This document shows positions 37,426 through 48,434 of a stretch of DNA of 64,000 bases, piece after piece. The stretch lies in the IMG/VR virus record IMGVR_UViG_3300002835_000086; one strand, 5' to 3'. A program made the position numbers and the translations under genes. This DNA is from a virus (lineage: Duplodnaviria > Heunggongvirae > Uroviricota > Caudoviricetes). The notes below the pieces were generated by a model that worked only from the letters and a program-made list of their open reading frames with translations, was not told the origin of the DNA and ran no database searches. How positions within the stretch are numbered: position 1 is the first letter of the stretch; each line of letters opens with the position of its first letter.

Positions 37426-40400
37426 GTAATTTTTCTTCTAATTCAGTTAATGATGTTTTAAGGACATCCATTCTTTTTTGATTTTCTTTTACAAAAGATA
37501 CTCCAAGAGTAACAAGTAGTTCATACTGTAAAGATTTATAACCAAACTTATCTTCCCAAACAATTTCAGGAAAATATTTTTCAACTTGTTGGGCGATAAA
37601 ACCTATACTTCGTTTTTTAAGTAAATACTTTTCATTGTCTTTATACAATGAAAGTTGTGGTATATTTTCAACCCAATCAAAAGATACACCATTCATATTA
37701 ACAACATCAATAGCTCTATCAAATTTCTTGATGTTTTCTTTCAATCTTCTATCTGAAGGTGGCCCTTGAGGTCCTTGAGCACCTTGTGCTCCTTGTGGTC
37801 CCGTTTTACCAGCATTACCTTGAGCACCTTGAGCACCTTGTGGTCCTGTAACACTAGCACCTTGAGCTCCTTGAGAACCAGTACCTCCTGCAGGTCCTGT
37901 TGCACCTTGAGCTCCTTGGACTCCTTGTGGACCTGTCCCACCTGTAACAGCTCCTTGAGCGCCTTGTGCTCCTTGTGCCCCTGCAGCTCCTTTTCCTCCT
38001 TGAGCACCTTGTGCTCCTGTGGAACCCTGAGTTCCGGCCTTTCCTGTTGCACCTGTAGCACCTTTTGGTCCCGATGGTCCTTGAGCTCCTGTTGGTCCTT
38101 GAGGTCCTCTTGACCCTTGTACACCTTGTCCTCCTGTCTGACCTGCAGCACCTTGAGCCCCCTGTGTCGCACCCGCAGGTCCTTTTGTTCCTCCCGCACC
38201 TTGAGCACCTGTAGGACCTGGACCTCCTGTAGGACCTGTCGCTCCTTGAGACCCTTGAGAACCTTGAGCTCCAGCGGGTCCTTGAGCACCTTGTGTAACA
38301 CTCGGATTCCCTTGTGGTCCTTGTGAACCTGTTGCTCCTGTGGCACCCTGAGCTCCTTGGGTACCTCCTTGAGCACCTGTGGCTCCTTGTGGGCCTTGAG
38401 GTCCTTTTGCTCCTTGAGCTCCTTGAGGACCTCCTTGAGCCCCTATCGGACCTTGGGCTCCTTGAGCTCCTGTAGCACCTGTTGCACCTTGAGTACCTCC
38501 TGTAGCACCTTGGAATCCCTGAGGTCCTGTAGCACCTGTAGCACCCTGAGCCCCTTGAGGTCCTCCTTGTGCACCAACAGGTCCTTGAGCACCTGTAGCA
38601 CCTGTAGCACCTGGAGCCCCTTGCGGAGTACCTTGTGGTCCTTGAGCACCTTGAGCTCCTGTTGGTCCTGTAGAGCCTGTTGCTCCTTGGACCGCTCCTT
38701 GAGCACCTTGATTACCAACAGCACCTGTTTGTCCAGTCGCACCTTGTGCCCCTTGAGCACCTTGAGGTCCTCCTGGATTTCCCTGAGCACCTTGGGCTCC
38801 TTGTCCACCTTGAGCACCCTGTGCACCTGTTGGTCCTCCCTGTGCACCTGTTGGTCCTTGAGCACCTTGGGCTCCTTGAGCACCTTGTCCTCCTTGTACA
38901 CCTCCTTGAGAACCTGTTGGTCCTTGAGCTCCTGTCGCACCTGTGGCACCTGTCGCTCCTTGCGTTCCTCCTTGAGCACCTGTTGGTCCTTGAGCCCCTG
39001 TTGCACCTGTGGCTCCTGTAGCCCCTTGAGGTCCTCCTTGTGCACCAACAGGTCCTTGAGCTCCTGTAGCTCCTGTGGCTCCCGTCGCACCCTGAACTCC
39101 ACCTTGAGCACCTGTTGGTCCTTGAGCTCCTGTAGCTCCTGTGGCCCCTGTTGCACCCTGAACTCCACCTTGAGCACCTGTAGGTCCTTGTGCACCTGTT
39201 GTTCCATTAGCACCCGTTGCCCCCTGAACTCCACCTTGAGCACCTGTTGGCCCTTGTGCACCTGTTGTTCCATTAGCACCTTGAGCCCCTTGAGGTCCTC
39301 CTTGTGCACCTGTTGGTCCTTGGGCACCTGTTGTACCTTGAGCACCTTGAGCTCCTTGAGAAGCTCCTTGTGCTCCTTGTGAACCAACGGCTCCTTGAGC
39401 ACCTTGTGCTCCCTGATTTCCCTGAACTCCACCTTGTGCTCCTGTAGGTCCTTGGGCACCTGTTGTACCTTGAGCACCTTGAGCCCCTTGAGAAGCCCCT
39501 TGAGCTCCTTGTGAACCAACGGCTCCTTGTGCACCCTGTGCTCCCTGATTTCCCTGAACTCCACCTTGTGCTCCTGTAGGTCCTTGTGCACCTGTTGTAC
39601 CAGCGGCACCTGTTGCCCCCTGAACTCCACCTTGAGCACCTGTAGGTCCTTGTGCTCCTGTGGCACCTGTCGCACCTGTTGCCCCTTGGACACCTCCTTG
39701 AGCTCCCGTACTACCTTGAGCTCCTTGAGCACCTGTCGTACCCTGAGCACCCTGAGAAGCACCTTGTGCACCTTGTGAACCAACGGCTCCTTGAGCACCT
39801 TGTGCTCCCTGATTTCCTTGGACACCACCTTGAGCTCCCGTAGGTCCTTGGGCACCTGTCGTACCTTGAGCACCTTGAGCACCTTGTGATGCACCTTGAG
39901 CTCCTTGTGAACCAACGGCTCCTTGAGCACCTTGTGCTCCCTGATTTCCTTGGACACCACCTTGAGCACCTGTTGTCCCTTGAGCACCTTGAGCTCCTGT
40001 CGCCCCTGTCGCTCCTTGCGTTCCTCCTTGAGCGCCCGTACTACCTTGGGCACCTTGGGCACCTGTGGCTCCTGTCGCTCCTTGTGTTCCTCCTTGAGCA
40101 CCTGTACTACCTTGAGCACCTTGTGCCCCTGTCGTACCTTGAGCACCTTGTGAACCTCCTTGAGCACCTTGTGAACCAACGGCTCCCTGAGCACCTTGGG
40201 CTCCTTGTCCTCCTTGTGTCCCACCTTGAGCACCTGTACTACCTTGAGCACCTTGAGCACCTGTCGTACCTTGAGCACCTTGTGAACCTCCTTGAGCTCC
40301 TTGTGAACCAACGGCTCCTTGAGCACCTTGTGCTCCCTGATTTCCTTGGACACCACCTTGAGCACCTGCAATACCTTGAGCACCTTGTGCCCCTGTTGTT

Positions 40401-40840
40401 CCTTGCGCCCCTTGAGACGCTCCTTGAGCACCTTGTGCTCCTACTGCTCCTTGAGCACCAGTACTACCTTGTGCTCCTTGAGCTCCTGTACTACCACCCC
40501 CACCTTGAGCTCCCGTTGTTCCTTGTGCCCCAACATTTCCTTGAGCTCCTTGAGCACCTTTAATAGTTGTTTGTGGTCCAATCCATACACCGGCATTATT
40601 AATCATATTTTGACCACCAACCCATAAACCTGATGGTGAACTTGATATTGTAACACCTGTAGTTGTTATGTCATTATTACTGAAAACTACTAATGATGGA
40701 CTTGTTGTTGCAGAAAATTTGACATCACCCGGTGCAACCATATTAATTTGGATACTATCCGCAGCAGACGCCCCCTCGTATACTATATGAGGCGATGAGT
40801 TTCCTGTAGTTCCACTTGGATATATTATTACGTCTGCCAT
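37418..40840 (-). CDS. collagen-like fibre protein 2 with periodic G-X-Y-Z interruptions and C-terminal S74 chaperone domain
   Basis: About 310 triplets. One-residue insertions (GASQG, GGVQG, GGTQG, GGPQG) recur roughly every 7 triplets through most of the helix. The C-terminus reads [29 protein letters not shown]...[16 protein letters not shown]. Confidence 0.85.
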   Translation of the reverse strand: MADVIIYPSGTTGNSSPHIVYEGASAADSIQINMVAPGDVKFSATTSPSLVVFSNNDITTTGVTISSSPSGLWVGGQNMINNAGVWIGPQTTIKGAQGAQGNVGAQGTTGAQGGGGSTGAQGAQGSTGAQGAVGAQGAQGASQGAQGTTGAQGAQGIAGAQGGVQGNQGAQGAQGAVGSQGAQGGSQGAQGTTGAQGAQGSTGAQGGTQGGQGAQGAQGAVGSQGAQGGSQGAQGTTGAQGAQGSTGAQGGTQGATGATGAQGAQGSTGAQGGTQGATGATGAQGAQGTTGAQGGVQGNQGAQGAQGAVGSQGAQGASQGAQGAQGTTGAQGPTGAQGGVQGNQGAQGAQGAVGSQGAQGASQGAQGTTGAQGAQGSTGAQGGVQGATGATGATGAQGPTGAQGGVQGATGAAGTTGAQGPTGAQGGVQGNQGAQGAQGAVGSQGAQGASQGAQGAQGTTGAQGPTGAQGGVQGNQGAQGAQGAVGSQGAQGASQGAQGAQGTTGAQGPTGAQGGPQGAQGANGTTGAQGPTGAQGGVQGATGANGTTGAQGPTGAQGGVQGATGATGATGAQGPTGAQGGVQGATGATGATGAQGPVGAQGGPQGATGATGATGAQGPTGAQGGTQGATGATGATGAQGPTGSQGGVQGGQGAQGAQGAQGPTGAQGGPTGAQGAQGGQGAQGAQGNPGGPQGAQGAQGATGQTGAVGNQGAQGAVQGATGSTGPTGAQGAQGPQGTPQGAPGATGATGAQGPVGAQGGPQGAQGATGATGPQGFQGATGGTQGATGATGAQGAQGPIGAQGGPQGAQGAKGPQGPQGATGAQGGTQGAQGATGATGSQGPQGNPSVTQGAQGPAGAQGSQGSQGATGPTGGPGPTGAQGAGGTKGPAGATQGAQGAAGQTGGQGVQGSRGPQGPTGAQGPSGPKGATGATGKAGTQGSTGAQGAQGGKGAAGAQGAQGAQGAVTGGTGPQGVQGAQGATGPAGGTGSQGAQGASVTGPQGAQGAQGNAGKTGPQGAQGAQGPQGPPSDRRLKENIKKFDRAIDVVNMNGVSFDWVENIPQLSLYKDNEKYLLKKRSIGFIAQQVEKYFPEIVWEDKFGYKSLQYELLVTLGVSFVKENQKRMDVLKTSLTELEEKLRG

Positions 40841-40843
40841 ATA

Positions 40844-43800
40844 TTAATTTCTTTCAACCTTTTCTTCTAAATTTGTTAATAGAGAATCCAAGTCATCAAT
40901 AAATACTTGTTGCTCTTTTATGGCTTCTACTAAATAAGCGTTAAGTGAGGTATAGTTTAAACTATAATAACCGCCACCCCTTAATTCAATTATATCTGGT
41001 ATTACACTTCTAACTTCTTGTGCAATAAAACCAAACGAGTGTAGTTTACCATCTCGTTTCATTGCCTCATAGTTGGGGTCTAATTCGTTCCAATCAAATT
41101 CAACAGGATTTAATTGTAAAACACTTTCTAACGAGTTTTCAATAGTAGTAATTTCTTGTTTTAAACTAATATCTGAAGGACAAGTATTAGGAACACCAAT
41201 AATTAAACAACCTCCTGTGTCTAGGTCGTAATAAAGTGATGATAAGTCATACCATACGGGAGCAGGTAAAGGAGTTACACAACTAAGATTTGCACAGTCA
41301 GTCGCATTTTCAAACACAGATGTGTTGTTAGTCCAAGTAGTAATATCGTCTGGCGAGTATATGTCCCCATAAAATCCGCGGTTTAATGAACAAGCACTAC
41401 CCGGGTCACCCGCATAATAACCTGAATATTGAAAACAAGATGCTGATGGTGGTCCTGCCGGTCCTGGCGCTCCAGGAGCACCCTGAGCACCTTGTGGTCC
41501 CGTATCACCTTGAGCTCCCGTAGCACCTGTTAGTCCGTCGGCACCTGCAGGTCCTGGTGCTCCTTGAGCACCTTGTGTTAACCCTTGTGCACCTTGTGGT
41601 CCTTGAGCGCCTTGTGCACCTTGTGGTCCTTTTGCACCTGTAGGTCCTGGTGCTCCTTGTGCACCTAATGGACCGGCACCTCTAAGTTCCCCTATTCCCC
41701 CTTGAGCCCCCTGAGCACCTGATGGTACAATTGGTGTAGGTCCTTGAGCACCTTGTGCACCTTGTCCTCCACCTGCTCCTTGAGCTCCTTGGAATCCAAG
41801 AGGTCCTTGAGCACCTTGAGTAGCACCTGTTGGTCCTTGAGCCCCTGTAGCACCTTGTGGTCCAGGAAGTCCAGCAATTCCTTGTGTTCCAACATTTCCT
41901 TGAGCACCTGTAGGTCCGGGAGAACCTTGAGCACCTGTTGCACCGATATTTCCAATAGGACCAGGACCTGTTCCTTGAGCTCCTTGTGGTCCTTGAACAC
42001 CAGGAAATCCTGTGTTTCCTTGTGCACCTGTGGCACCTGTTGCACCTGTTGGTCCAACATCTCCTTGTGAACCTTGAAATCCAAAAGTACCGGTACCACC
42101 ACCAGCACCTGTATTTCCAACATCACCTTGTGCACCTGAAAAACCTGTGGCACCTTGAGCTCCTTGAGAACCTGTAGGCCCAACCGGACCTGTTGCTCCA
42201 CCCGCTCCTTGAGAACCTTGAGCTCCTGTAGCACCAGTATTTCCAACATTACCTTGTGAACCTTGAGCTCCTTGAGCCCCTTGTGGTCCTCCTCCTCCCA
42301 CAGGACCCGCAAAACCTGGAAATCCTGTAGAACCTTGAGAACCTTGAGCTCCTTGAGCCCCTTGTGGTCCAACGGCCCCTTGAGAACCCTGAGCTCCTTG
42401 AGCTCCTTGAGCACCTATTGTACCTGAATTACCTGTTGGCCCAAAGACTCCTACCGTTCCTTGAGCTCCTTGTGCTCCTTGTGGTCCTCCTGAACCTTGT
42501 GGACCTCGAGCCCCTTGTGAACCCTGAGCACCTTGTGCTCCTTGTGCACCCACATTACCTGTAGGTCCAACGGCTCCTTGTGAACCCTGAGCACCTTGTG
42601 CTCCTTGTGCACCTTGGTTACCTGTAGGTCCAACGGCTCCTTGTGAACCCTGAGCTCCTTGGGCTCCTTGCGCACCTTGGTTACCTGTAGGTCCAACGGC
42701 TCCTTGTGAACCTTGAGCTCCTTGTGCTCCTTGTGGTCCTCCTGAACCTTGCGGTCCAACGGCTCCTTGTGAACCTTGTGCTCCTTGTGCTCCTTGTGGT
42801 CCTCCTGAACCTTGCGGTCCAACGGCTCCTTGTGAACCCTGAGCACCTTGTGCTCCTTGTGCACCCACATTACCTGTAGGTCCAACGGCTCCTTGTGAAC
42901 CCTGAGCACCTTGTGCTCCTTGTGCACCTTGGTTACCTGTAGGTCCAACGGCTCCTTGTGAACCTGTATTACCTTGAGCTCCTTGGTTACCGGTATTTCC
43001 TTGGGCTCCTGTATGTCCTGTTGAACCTTGTGCTCCTTGAGCTCCTGTTGCACCTCCATTACCTGTTGGTCCAACCGCTCCTTGGAAACCTGTGTTACCT
43101 TGTGCTCCTTGATTACCTGTGTTTCCTTGTGCACCTGTATGTCCTGTTGAGCCCTGAGCACCTTGTGCACCTGTTGCCCCACCATTACCTGTAGGCCCTA
43201 CATTACCTTGTGAACCTTGAGCCCCTTGTGCCCCTTGAGCCCCTTGAGCCCCTTGTGGTCCTACATTACCTTGTGAACCTTGTGCTCCTTGTGCTCCTTG
43301 TGGTCCTGTTGAACCTGTTGGTCCGACATTACCCTGAGCTCCCTGATTACCTTGAGCACCTGTTGGCCCCACGTTTCCTTGTGCACCTGTGTGTCCTGTT
43401 GAACCCTGAGCACCTTGTGCTCCTGTAGCTCCCGCATTACCTGTTGGTCCTACGTTACCCTGAGAACCTTGATTTCCTTGTGCACCTGTATTACCAGTAT
43501 TACCTTGAGCACCTGTATGTCCTGTTGAACCCTGAGCGCCTTGTGCTCCTGTCGCACCTCCGTTACCTGTTGGTCCGACATTACCCTGAGCGCCCTGATT
43601 ACCTTGTGAACCTTGTGACCCTGTTGCACCTGTTGGTCCGACATTACCTTGTGCTCCCTGATTACCTTGTGAACCTTGTGACCCTGTCGCTCCTGTTGGT
43701 CCGACATTACCCTGAGCACCTTGATTACCTTGAGAACCTTGAGCTCCCACATTACCTTGTGCACCAGGATGTCCTGTTGAACCCTGAGCTCCTTGAGCAC

Positions 43801-44422
43801 CTGTCGCACCTCCGTTACCTGTTGGTCCGACATTACCCTGAGCACCTTGATTACCTTGAGAACCTTGAGCTCCCACATTACCTTGTGCGCCAGGATGTCC
43901 TGTTGAACCCTGAGCTCCTTGTGCACCTGTCGCTCCTCCGTTACCTGTTGGTCCGACATTACCCTGAGCGCCCTGATTACCCTGAGCACCTGTTGGTCCC
44001 ACGTTTCCTTGTGCACCAGGATGTCCTTGAGAACCTTGAGCATTTGCTGAACCTTGAGCTCCTTGATTACCCTTTCCACCTTGTGAACCTTGTGAACCCT
44101 GAGCACCCGTATTTCCAATGGCTCCTTGAGCTCCTTGATTACCTTGGAATCCTGTTATATTTGTTCCAGGTCCTAACCAAGCACCTGTACCATTTAATAC
44201 TTGAATTCCTCCAATAGTTAGATTATTAATGATATTAATATCATCATACGCTTGGATACCACCCGATGACATTAATAATGTAGAACCCCACTTTATAGAA
44301 GTACCAGCACCATAAGGTCTGACCTCTAACCTCAAAGTTCCCGTATTTTCAAAATCAATATAGGGAATCCTTCCGGGATTCGGGACTAAATTACCAGGTA
44401 CAATTGTTATATTTTTTGCCAT
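40844..44422 (-). CDS. collagen-like fibre protein 3 with Cys-rich distal domain and C-terminal S74 chaperone domain
   Basis: About 280 triplets, then a ~110-aa Cys-rich non-collagen domain ([11 protein letters not shown]...CANLSCVTP...[12 protein letters not shown]), then [10 protein letters not shown]...FGFIAQEV. Confidence 0.85.
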   Translation of the reverse strand: MAKNITIVPGNLVPNPGRIPYIDFENTGTLRLEVRPYGAGTSIKWGSTLLMSSGGIQAYDDINIINNLTIGGIQVLNGTGAWLGPGTNITGFQGNQGAQGAIGNTGAQGSQGSQGGKGNQGAQGSANAQGSQGHPGAQGNVGPTGAQGNQGAQGNVGPTGNGGATGAQGAQGSTGHPGAQGNVGAQGSQGNQGAQGNVGPTGNGGATGAQGAQGSTGHPGAQGNVGAQGSQGNQGAQGNVGPTGATGSQGSQGNQGAQGNVGPTGATGSQGSQGNQGAQGNVGPTGNGGATGAQGAQGSTGHTGAQGNTGNTGAQGNQGSQGNVGPTGNAGATGAQGAQGSTGHTGAQGNVGPTGAQGNQGAQGNVGPTGSTGPQGAQGAQGSQGNVGPQGAQGAQGAQGAQGSQGNVGPTGNGGATGAQGAQGSTGHTGAQGNTGNQGAQGNTGFQGAVGPTGNGGATGAQGAQGSTGHTGAQGNTGNQGAQGNTGSQGAVGPTGNQGAQGAQGAQGSQGAVGPTGNVGAQGAQGAQGSQGAVGPQGSGGPQGAQGAQGSQGAVGPQGSGGPQGAQGAQGSQGAVGPTGNQGAQGAQGAQGSQGAVGPTGNQGAQGAQGAQGSQGAVGPTGNVGAQGAQGAQGSQGARGPQGSGGPQGAQGAQGTVGVFGPTGNSGTIGAQGAQGAQGSQGAVGPQGAQGAQGSQGSTGFPGFAGPVGGGGPQGAQGAQGSQGNVGNTGATGAQGSQGAGGATGPVGPTGSQGAQGATGFSGAQGDVGNTGAGGGTGTFGFQGSQGDVGPTGATGATGAQGNTGFPGVQGPQGAQGTGPGPIGNIGATGAQGSPGPTGAQGNVGTQGIAGLPGPQGATGAQGPTGATQGAQGPLGFQGAQGAGGGQGAQGAQGPTPIVPSGAQGAQGGIGELRGAGPLGAQGAPGPTGAKGPQGAQGAQGPQGAQGLTQGAQGAPGPAGADGLTGATGAQGDTGPQGAQGAPGAPGPAGPPSASCFQYSGYYAGDPGSACSLNRGFYGDIYSPDDITTWTNNTSVFENATDCANLSCVTPLPAPVWYDLSSLYYDLDTGGCLIIGVPNTCPSDISLKQEITTIENSLESVLQLNPVEFDWNELDPNYEAMKRDGKLHSFGFIAQEVRSVIPDIIELRGGGYYSLNYTSLNAYLVEAIKEQQVFIDDLDSLLTNLEEKVERN

Positions 44423-44483
44423 CAGGGATTTTTCTACTCTCTATAAATACAATTCTTATGCTTTTTAGATAAACAAAAAACAA

Positions 44484-44765
44484 TTAAATAATATGTTTTT
44501 TGATTATATCAACAGCTTCAGTTAATTCATTATAGTCCCTATCAGGAGTATACATATGAGGAATGGTTTTTTCTTTAGTTTCTTCAATAATGAGTAATGC
44601 TGGTACAAAATCATTTTCTGTTAATTGTGAAAAGATATCATACTCTTCTTCATACTCATCAATGTCTCTATCAACGAAGTCAATGTTCTCTTTGACTAAC
44701 ATCTCTTTGAAGTCAGTACAATGAGGACAGCCTTTCATTGTATAAACAATAATTGTTTTACTCAT
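44484..44765 (-). CDS. glutaredoxin / NrdH-like redoxin
   Basis: CPHC active site in YTMKGCPHCTDFK; 93 aa. Confidence 0.7.
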   Translation of the reverse strand: MSKTIIVYTMKGCPHCTDFKEMLVKENIDFVDRDIDEYEEEYDIFSQLTENDFVPALLIIEETKEKTIPHMYTPDRDYNELTEAVDIIKKHII

Positions 44766-45073
44766 TAGTTCATTAGTATTTCAGTTAATTCAGGTGTCGG
44801 CACAACTCCTGTTCTTGTCATATCAACTACACCATTTTTGAAGAGTTTTAAAGTCGGTACCGCTCTGATTCCCATCTCTGTTCTTACGAAGTCGTGGTCT
44901 GTGTCAATATCGTATTTGTATACAGGTATTTTTGTTTCATTCTCAGATGTGATTTTCTCAAGTGATGATAACAATACTTTACAAGGCCCACACCAAGTTG
45001 CGTATAAATCTAAGAGGAAACTTTCCTTGTTATTTATTTTTTCTTTCAATTGTTCTGTCGTTAACTGTTCCAT
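44765..45073 (-). CDS. thioredoxin
   Basis: WCGPCK active site; 102 aa. Confidence 0.9.
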   Translation of the reverse strand: MEQLTTEQLKEKINNKESFLLDLYATWCGPCKVLLSSLEKITSENETKIPVYKYDIDTDHDFVRTEMGIRAVPTLKLFKNGVVDMTRTGVVPTPELTEILMN

Positions 45074-45082
45074 ATTCTATAA

Positions 45083-45391
45083 TTAGTTTTTTTTATTTAA
45101 AAGTGACCTTAAATATATTTCCACAACGTTCATTTTTTCAGGTAAGAAATAACACACAATACTAAATCGTGTATTACTATCCCATTCCTGTACGTGTAGA
45201 TATATTTGTTCTTTTTTATTCGCCGAGTAAATCATCTCTCTAAGATTATTTGTAGGGTAACTATCCTTTACGTATACCAATTCAAGCTTGTTGAATTTTT
45301 TACCGTCAATATCAACGTTCCCTAAATTAAACTCTGAAAATATAACCCCCTCTTTTTGTTCAATACTTTCAATATACCTCGGTCTTTCCAT
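45083..45391 (-). CDS. hypothetical protein
   Basis: 102-aa ORF. Confidence 0.4.
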   Translation of the reverse strand: MERPRYIESIEQKEGVIFSEFNLGNVDIDGKKFNKLELVYVKDSYPTNNLREMIYSANKKEQIYLHVQEWDSNTRFSIVCYFLPEKMNVVEIYLRSLLNKKN

Positions 45392-45419
45392 AATATTATT
45401 TTACTACAAAATATATGAA

Positions 45420-45446
45420 AATAAAAAAGGGAGTAAACCTCCCTTA
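45420..45446 (-). terminator. rho-independent terminator
   Basis: aagggagtaaacctccctt hairpin followed by a T-run on the minus strand. Confidence 0.55.
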
Positions 45447-45731
45447 ATTTAAAAATATCTTACCGAAAGCATTTTCAATAAATTGTATTTGTTCTCTGTG
45501 TTTTTCTTTGTTCTTCTTAGGTCCACCATTCAACTTCAAACATATATCAATATATTGTGATTGTGTTAAAGTTATTTCTTCACCACTATCAAAGTTTTGT
45601 TGTGCAACCTTTTCGATTTCTTTGTAAAACTCTTCTTTCTTTTCTAAGGGAACAAGACTTTTTAAATCATCTTCATTAGAATTGAAAAACTTCTTAACTC
45701 CTGCAATGTAAATTTTTACATCAACACTCAT
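45444..45731 (-). CDS. hypothetical protein
   Basis: 95-aa ORF. Confidence 0.4.
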   Translation of the reverse strand: MSVDVKIYIAGVKKFFNSNEDDLKSLVPLEKKEEFYKEIEKVAQQNFDSGEEITLTQSQYIDICLKLNGGPKKNKEKHREQIQFIENAFGKIFLN

Positions 45732-45749
45732 AACAATAAAATTTAATAA

Positions 45750-47084
45750 TTATCTTCTTCCTTCTAACTCTGTGAAGTCATATAGACCTGGACCAACCTC
45801 GAATGCCACATCAGTGATTTCCTTAGGTAATACTATATTATTTGAACCCATAATATTCATAATCATAATCTCAGGTAAAGTGGCAACACACGCAGGTATT
45901 GACTTAACCTCAGGACAATTTAGAACTGCAAAATATGCTAATTTTTTAAGTTCACATATCGCATCAGGAACACTAGTTATACACCCATCAAATGTAAGCC
46001 TATCTAAGTTTGTGAATCTTGAAATTGTATCAGGAATTCTAAATGTAATTGGTGTTCTAGTGTTTCTAGTTGAGATATTAATTTTGTGTATGTCGTCAGG
46101 TAATGAATCAAATAACTCATCCAAACCATACAACCCAATAAACTTACCTACAGAACCAGACTCAAAGTTATCAATAACCAATTCTTTACCTTGGTGTGTT
46201 AAACCTTTAGCAAATTCAGGTTTGAAGTAATCTTTAAGTTCTGCCATAGGACCGTTCAAATACTCAATTAAATTAACACTACGGTCATCCTTATCCATAA
46301 ACTGATTTGATTGGAAATGGAATTGGTATCTTTCTTTTGGTAATCCTGTTGTTGGAGATACATTAGTATCATTTGGATTATAGATAACATACAAAGGTCC
46401 GTCTTTAATGTATCTATCGAAGTAACTTAAACCAGGTGCTGAAGTACACCAACGAGTCTCTTGTTGATTACCACCGTAAAAACAAGCGGCTTCTTTACCT
46501 CTTTCTCCTTTATCAGATATCTTAATAACTCTCCAATTTTTACCCTCAAATCCAGATTCAGCACCAGGGTGTACTGGCGCAGCCTTTCTTTCGGCTTTAG
46601 TTGTTGTCGCCATAGTTAAGTCAAAGTCCTTAACAGCATCGTATAAAGCTTCAGGTGTTAGTTTATTGATATCCCTCATTTCAAGAGGTAACTTACCTTT
46701 AAACCTTTTAAACTTGGTCAAATCCTCAGTCACTTTGTAAAGGTCTTCCATAAACCTTTCTCTCATAACTTTAACTTCTCTCTCGTGACCTTGTTCACCT
46801 CTTGGGATTTCAGTCTTAACGTTCATATAACTCTTAATTAACCAAGGAGTGTATTCACCAACTTTAACTCGAGATAATTCCTCTTTTGATGCTCTTTCCA
46901 AATCAACATCATTTAAACGAGATGTTGGGTCGGCTTGGATTAATTCGAAGAACTCTTGTTTGCTCAATGGAGCCTTTAAAGGTTTACCTTCTTTATCTTT
47001 TTTAGGTAATACAAACTTATCCATCAAAACTTCAAGTCTTGATTGTTCCAATATGATTTTCTTAAGTACGTTTGCGAACTTCAT
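45750..47084 (-). CDS. hypothetical protein with C-terminal leucine-rich-repeat-like region
   Basis: 444 aa. The C-terminal ~90 aa show Leu-x-x-Leu periodicity (RFTNLDRLTFDGC...LKKLAYFAVLNCPEV). Confidence 0.5.
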   Translation of the reverse strand: MKFANVLKKIILEQSRLEVLMDKFVLPKKDKEGKPLKAPLSKQEFFELIQADPTSRLNDVDLERASKEELSRVKVGEYTPWLIKSYMNVKTEIPRGEQGHEREVKVMRERFMEDLYKVTEDLTKFKRFKGKLPLEMRDINKLTPEALYDAVKDFDLTMATTTKAERKAAPVHPGAESGFEGKNWRVIKISDKGERGKEAACFYGGNQQETRWCTSAPGLSYFDRYIKDGPLYVIYNPNDTNVSPTTGLPKERYQFHFQSNQFMDKDDRSVNLIEYLNGPMAELKDYFKPEFAKGLTHQGKELVIDNFESGSVGKFIGLYGLDELFDSLPDDIHKINISTRNTRTPITFRIPDTISRFTNLDRLTFDGCITSVPDAICELKKLAYFAVLNCPEVKSIPACVATLPEIMIMNIMGSNNIVLPKEITDVAFEVGPGLYDFTELEGRR

Positions 47085-47130
47085 TATCTTACAAATTTAA
47101 TAATAAATATACAATTAACCACAAATTATT

Positions 47131-48015
47131 CTAATAATTCATTATAAGAATCTCTTCCCCCATATTTTGAGTTTTACCTTTGGTTGCCGCAGCTGCCTTG
47201 GCAAAAAGTTTTTTCTCCCATCGATACTTGTCTTCAGGGAACCAAGTATGTAGTAATTCAAAATCATAATAGGATAAACTGAATTTACCCTTAACCTCAT
47301 CTAATACATTTGCCAACCTTTCGTGGTCGTCTCTATCAAAATCGTGATTTGAGTAGTAGTTCTCAGTTTTCCAATATGGTGGGTCCAAATAAATGTATGT
47401 AGTTGGTGAATCATACTTAGCAATTACTTCAGCAAAATCCATATTTTCGACCACACTAATTTTCAAGAAATGTTCCACCCACTCAGGCTTAGATAACTTA
47501 TCCCTAAATGTTAGATACTTTGACTTGTATTTACCTTTCAAATCAATGAACGAACTTGTTTCTGGTCTACTCCCACTAAACACTTGTGTTAGAACATATG
47601 CATATTTTGCCGCAATATTATAATCAGGATTATTAATCTCTAACCCGTCCGAAAATAATTCTCTCTGGAACTCCACAAATTGTTCTTTATAGATTGTAGG
47701 AGTTGTCTCCTCTCCAAGTTGTTGACAAGGAATTGAATTAACAGCCTTGAGTAGTTCTTTTGGATTCTTAAGACAAGAAAATAAATTGTGATTCAATGGA
47801 TTAAAGTCGTTGTAAACAACAGTTTTTAAATTAGGGAATTTTTTTAAATCCATATTATAAAAACACCAAAACATTCCTCCGAATGTTTCAACATACGTTT
47901 CCATATCTGTTGGATAGAAATCAACTATCCATTTACCAATCTTACTTTTACCTCCAATATAACTGAGCATAGAATTCTTTTTTACAAAGATAAGAATTAG
48001 ATTCTTAAAAAGCAA
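47131..48015 (-). CDS. dam: Dam-like (alpha-class, D12) N6-adenine DNA methyltransferase, orphan
   Basis: N-terminal LSYIGGKSKIGKWI (motif I) and IYLDPPYW (motif IV); no endonuclease partner. Confidence 0.85.
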   Translation of the reverse strand: MLFKNLILIFVKKNSMLSYIGGKSKIGKWIVDFYPTDMETYVETFGGMFWCFYNMDLKKFPNLKTVVYNDFNPLNHNLFSCLKNPKELLKAVNSIPCQQLGEETTPTIYKEQFVEFQRELFSDGLEINNPDYNIAAKYAYVLTQVFSGSRPETSSFIDLKGKYKSKYLTFRDKLSKPEWVEHFLKISVVENMDFAEVIAKYDSPTTYIYLDPPYWKTENYYSNHDFDRDDHERLANVLDEVKGKFSLSYYDFELLHTWFPEDKYRWEKKLFAKAAAATKGKTQNMGEEILIMNY

Positions 48016-48049
48016 CCCCCAATGTTAAGTTTTTTCAAGATATTGATAT

Positions 48050-48092
48050 ATGTTAACACAACCTTATACTTATGTTAAGAGAGTGTTAACAC
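48050..48092. promoter_or_regulatory. two palindromic GTGTTAACAC / ATGTTAACAC boxes, 33 bp apart, upstream of the 48123 gene
   Basis: 10-bp palindromes built around GTTAAC in the divergent region between the dam gene and the small secreted-protein gene. Confidence 0.35.
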
Positions 48093-48122
48093 TTTTCATA
48101 AACCAAAATAAATTAAAATAAA

Positions 48123-48365
48123 ATGAAAAAGTTTTTATTGGTTTTAATGATGGGTTTATTATTCACACCATCATTCGCTCAAGGCGGAAAAGGAAAGAAG
48201 AAACACAAGACACAACAAAATACAGAAGTTGTGTCAGAAGTGCGACCAATTCATAGACAACGTTGGGTTGAAAGGGATGGTGAGTATTATGTCATCGTTT
48301 CAAGAACCACAATAAGTAAAGAAGATTATCTAAGACTTAGAGAGCTTCAGAGAAACAATCACTGA
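48123..48365 (+). CDS. small secreted basic protein
   Basis: Signal peptide MKKFLLVLMMGLLFTPSFA; 80 aa; own terminator. Confidence 0.5.
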   Translation: MKKFLLVLMMGLLFTPSFAQGGKGKKKHKTQQNTEVVSEVRPIHRQRWVERDGEYYVIVSRTTISKEDYLRLRELQRNNH

Positions 48366-48403
48366 TAACAGTTTTTGTATGGGCGACAAGACGCTTTTTG
48401 AGA

Positions 48404-48434
48404 AAACCCCATCTTGCTACACGGGGTTTTTTTA
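48404..48434 (+). terminator. rho-independent terminator
   Basis: aaaacccc-atcttgctacac-ggggttttttt. Confidence 0.6.

Noticed and set aside
34400-44200. A CRISPR array or other interspaced repeat locus
   Set aside because: The repeats are codon-periodic and contiguous, with no unique spacers, no leader and no cas genes; they are coding collagen repeats.
34446-44217. Dozens of long antisense or alternate-frame ORFs inside the fibre genes (Leu/His/Glu-rich LLEHL..., Ser/Thr/Leu/Cys-rich STLS..., Lys/Val/Glu-rich KVLKE... proteins up to 662 aa)
   Set aside because: They are the inevitable translation of the 9-bp-periodic GCACCTTGAGC-type repeat in the other five frames. They have low complexity, no starts with sensible context, and overlap the strongly supported collagen-like frames completely.
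34141-44422. A diversity-generating retroelement or other programmed hypervariation of the fibre genes
   Set aside because: No reverse transcriptase, template repeat or invertase is visible in the window. The similarity between paralogues is explained by the collagen repeat itself.
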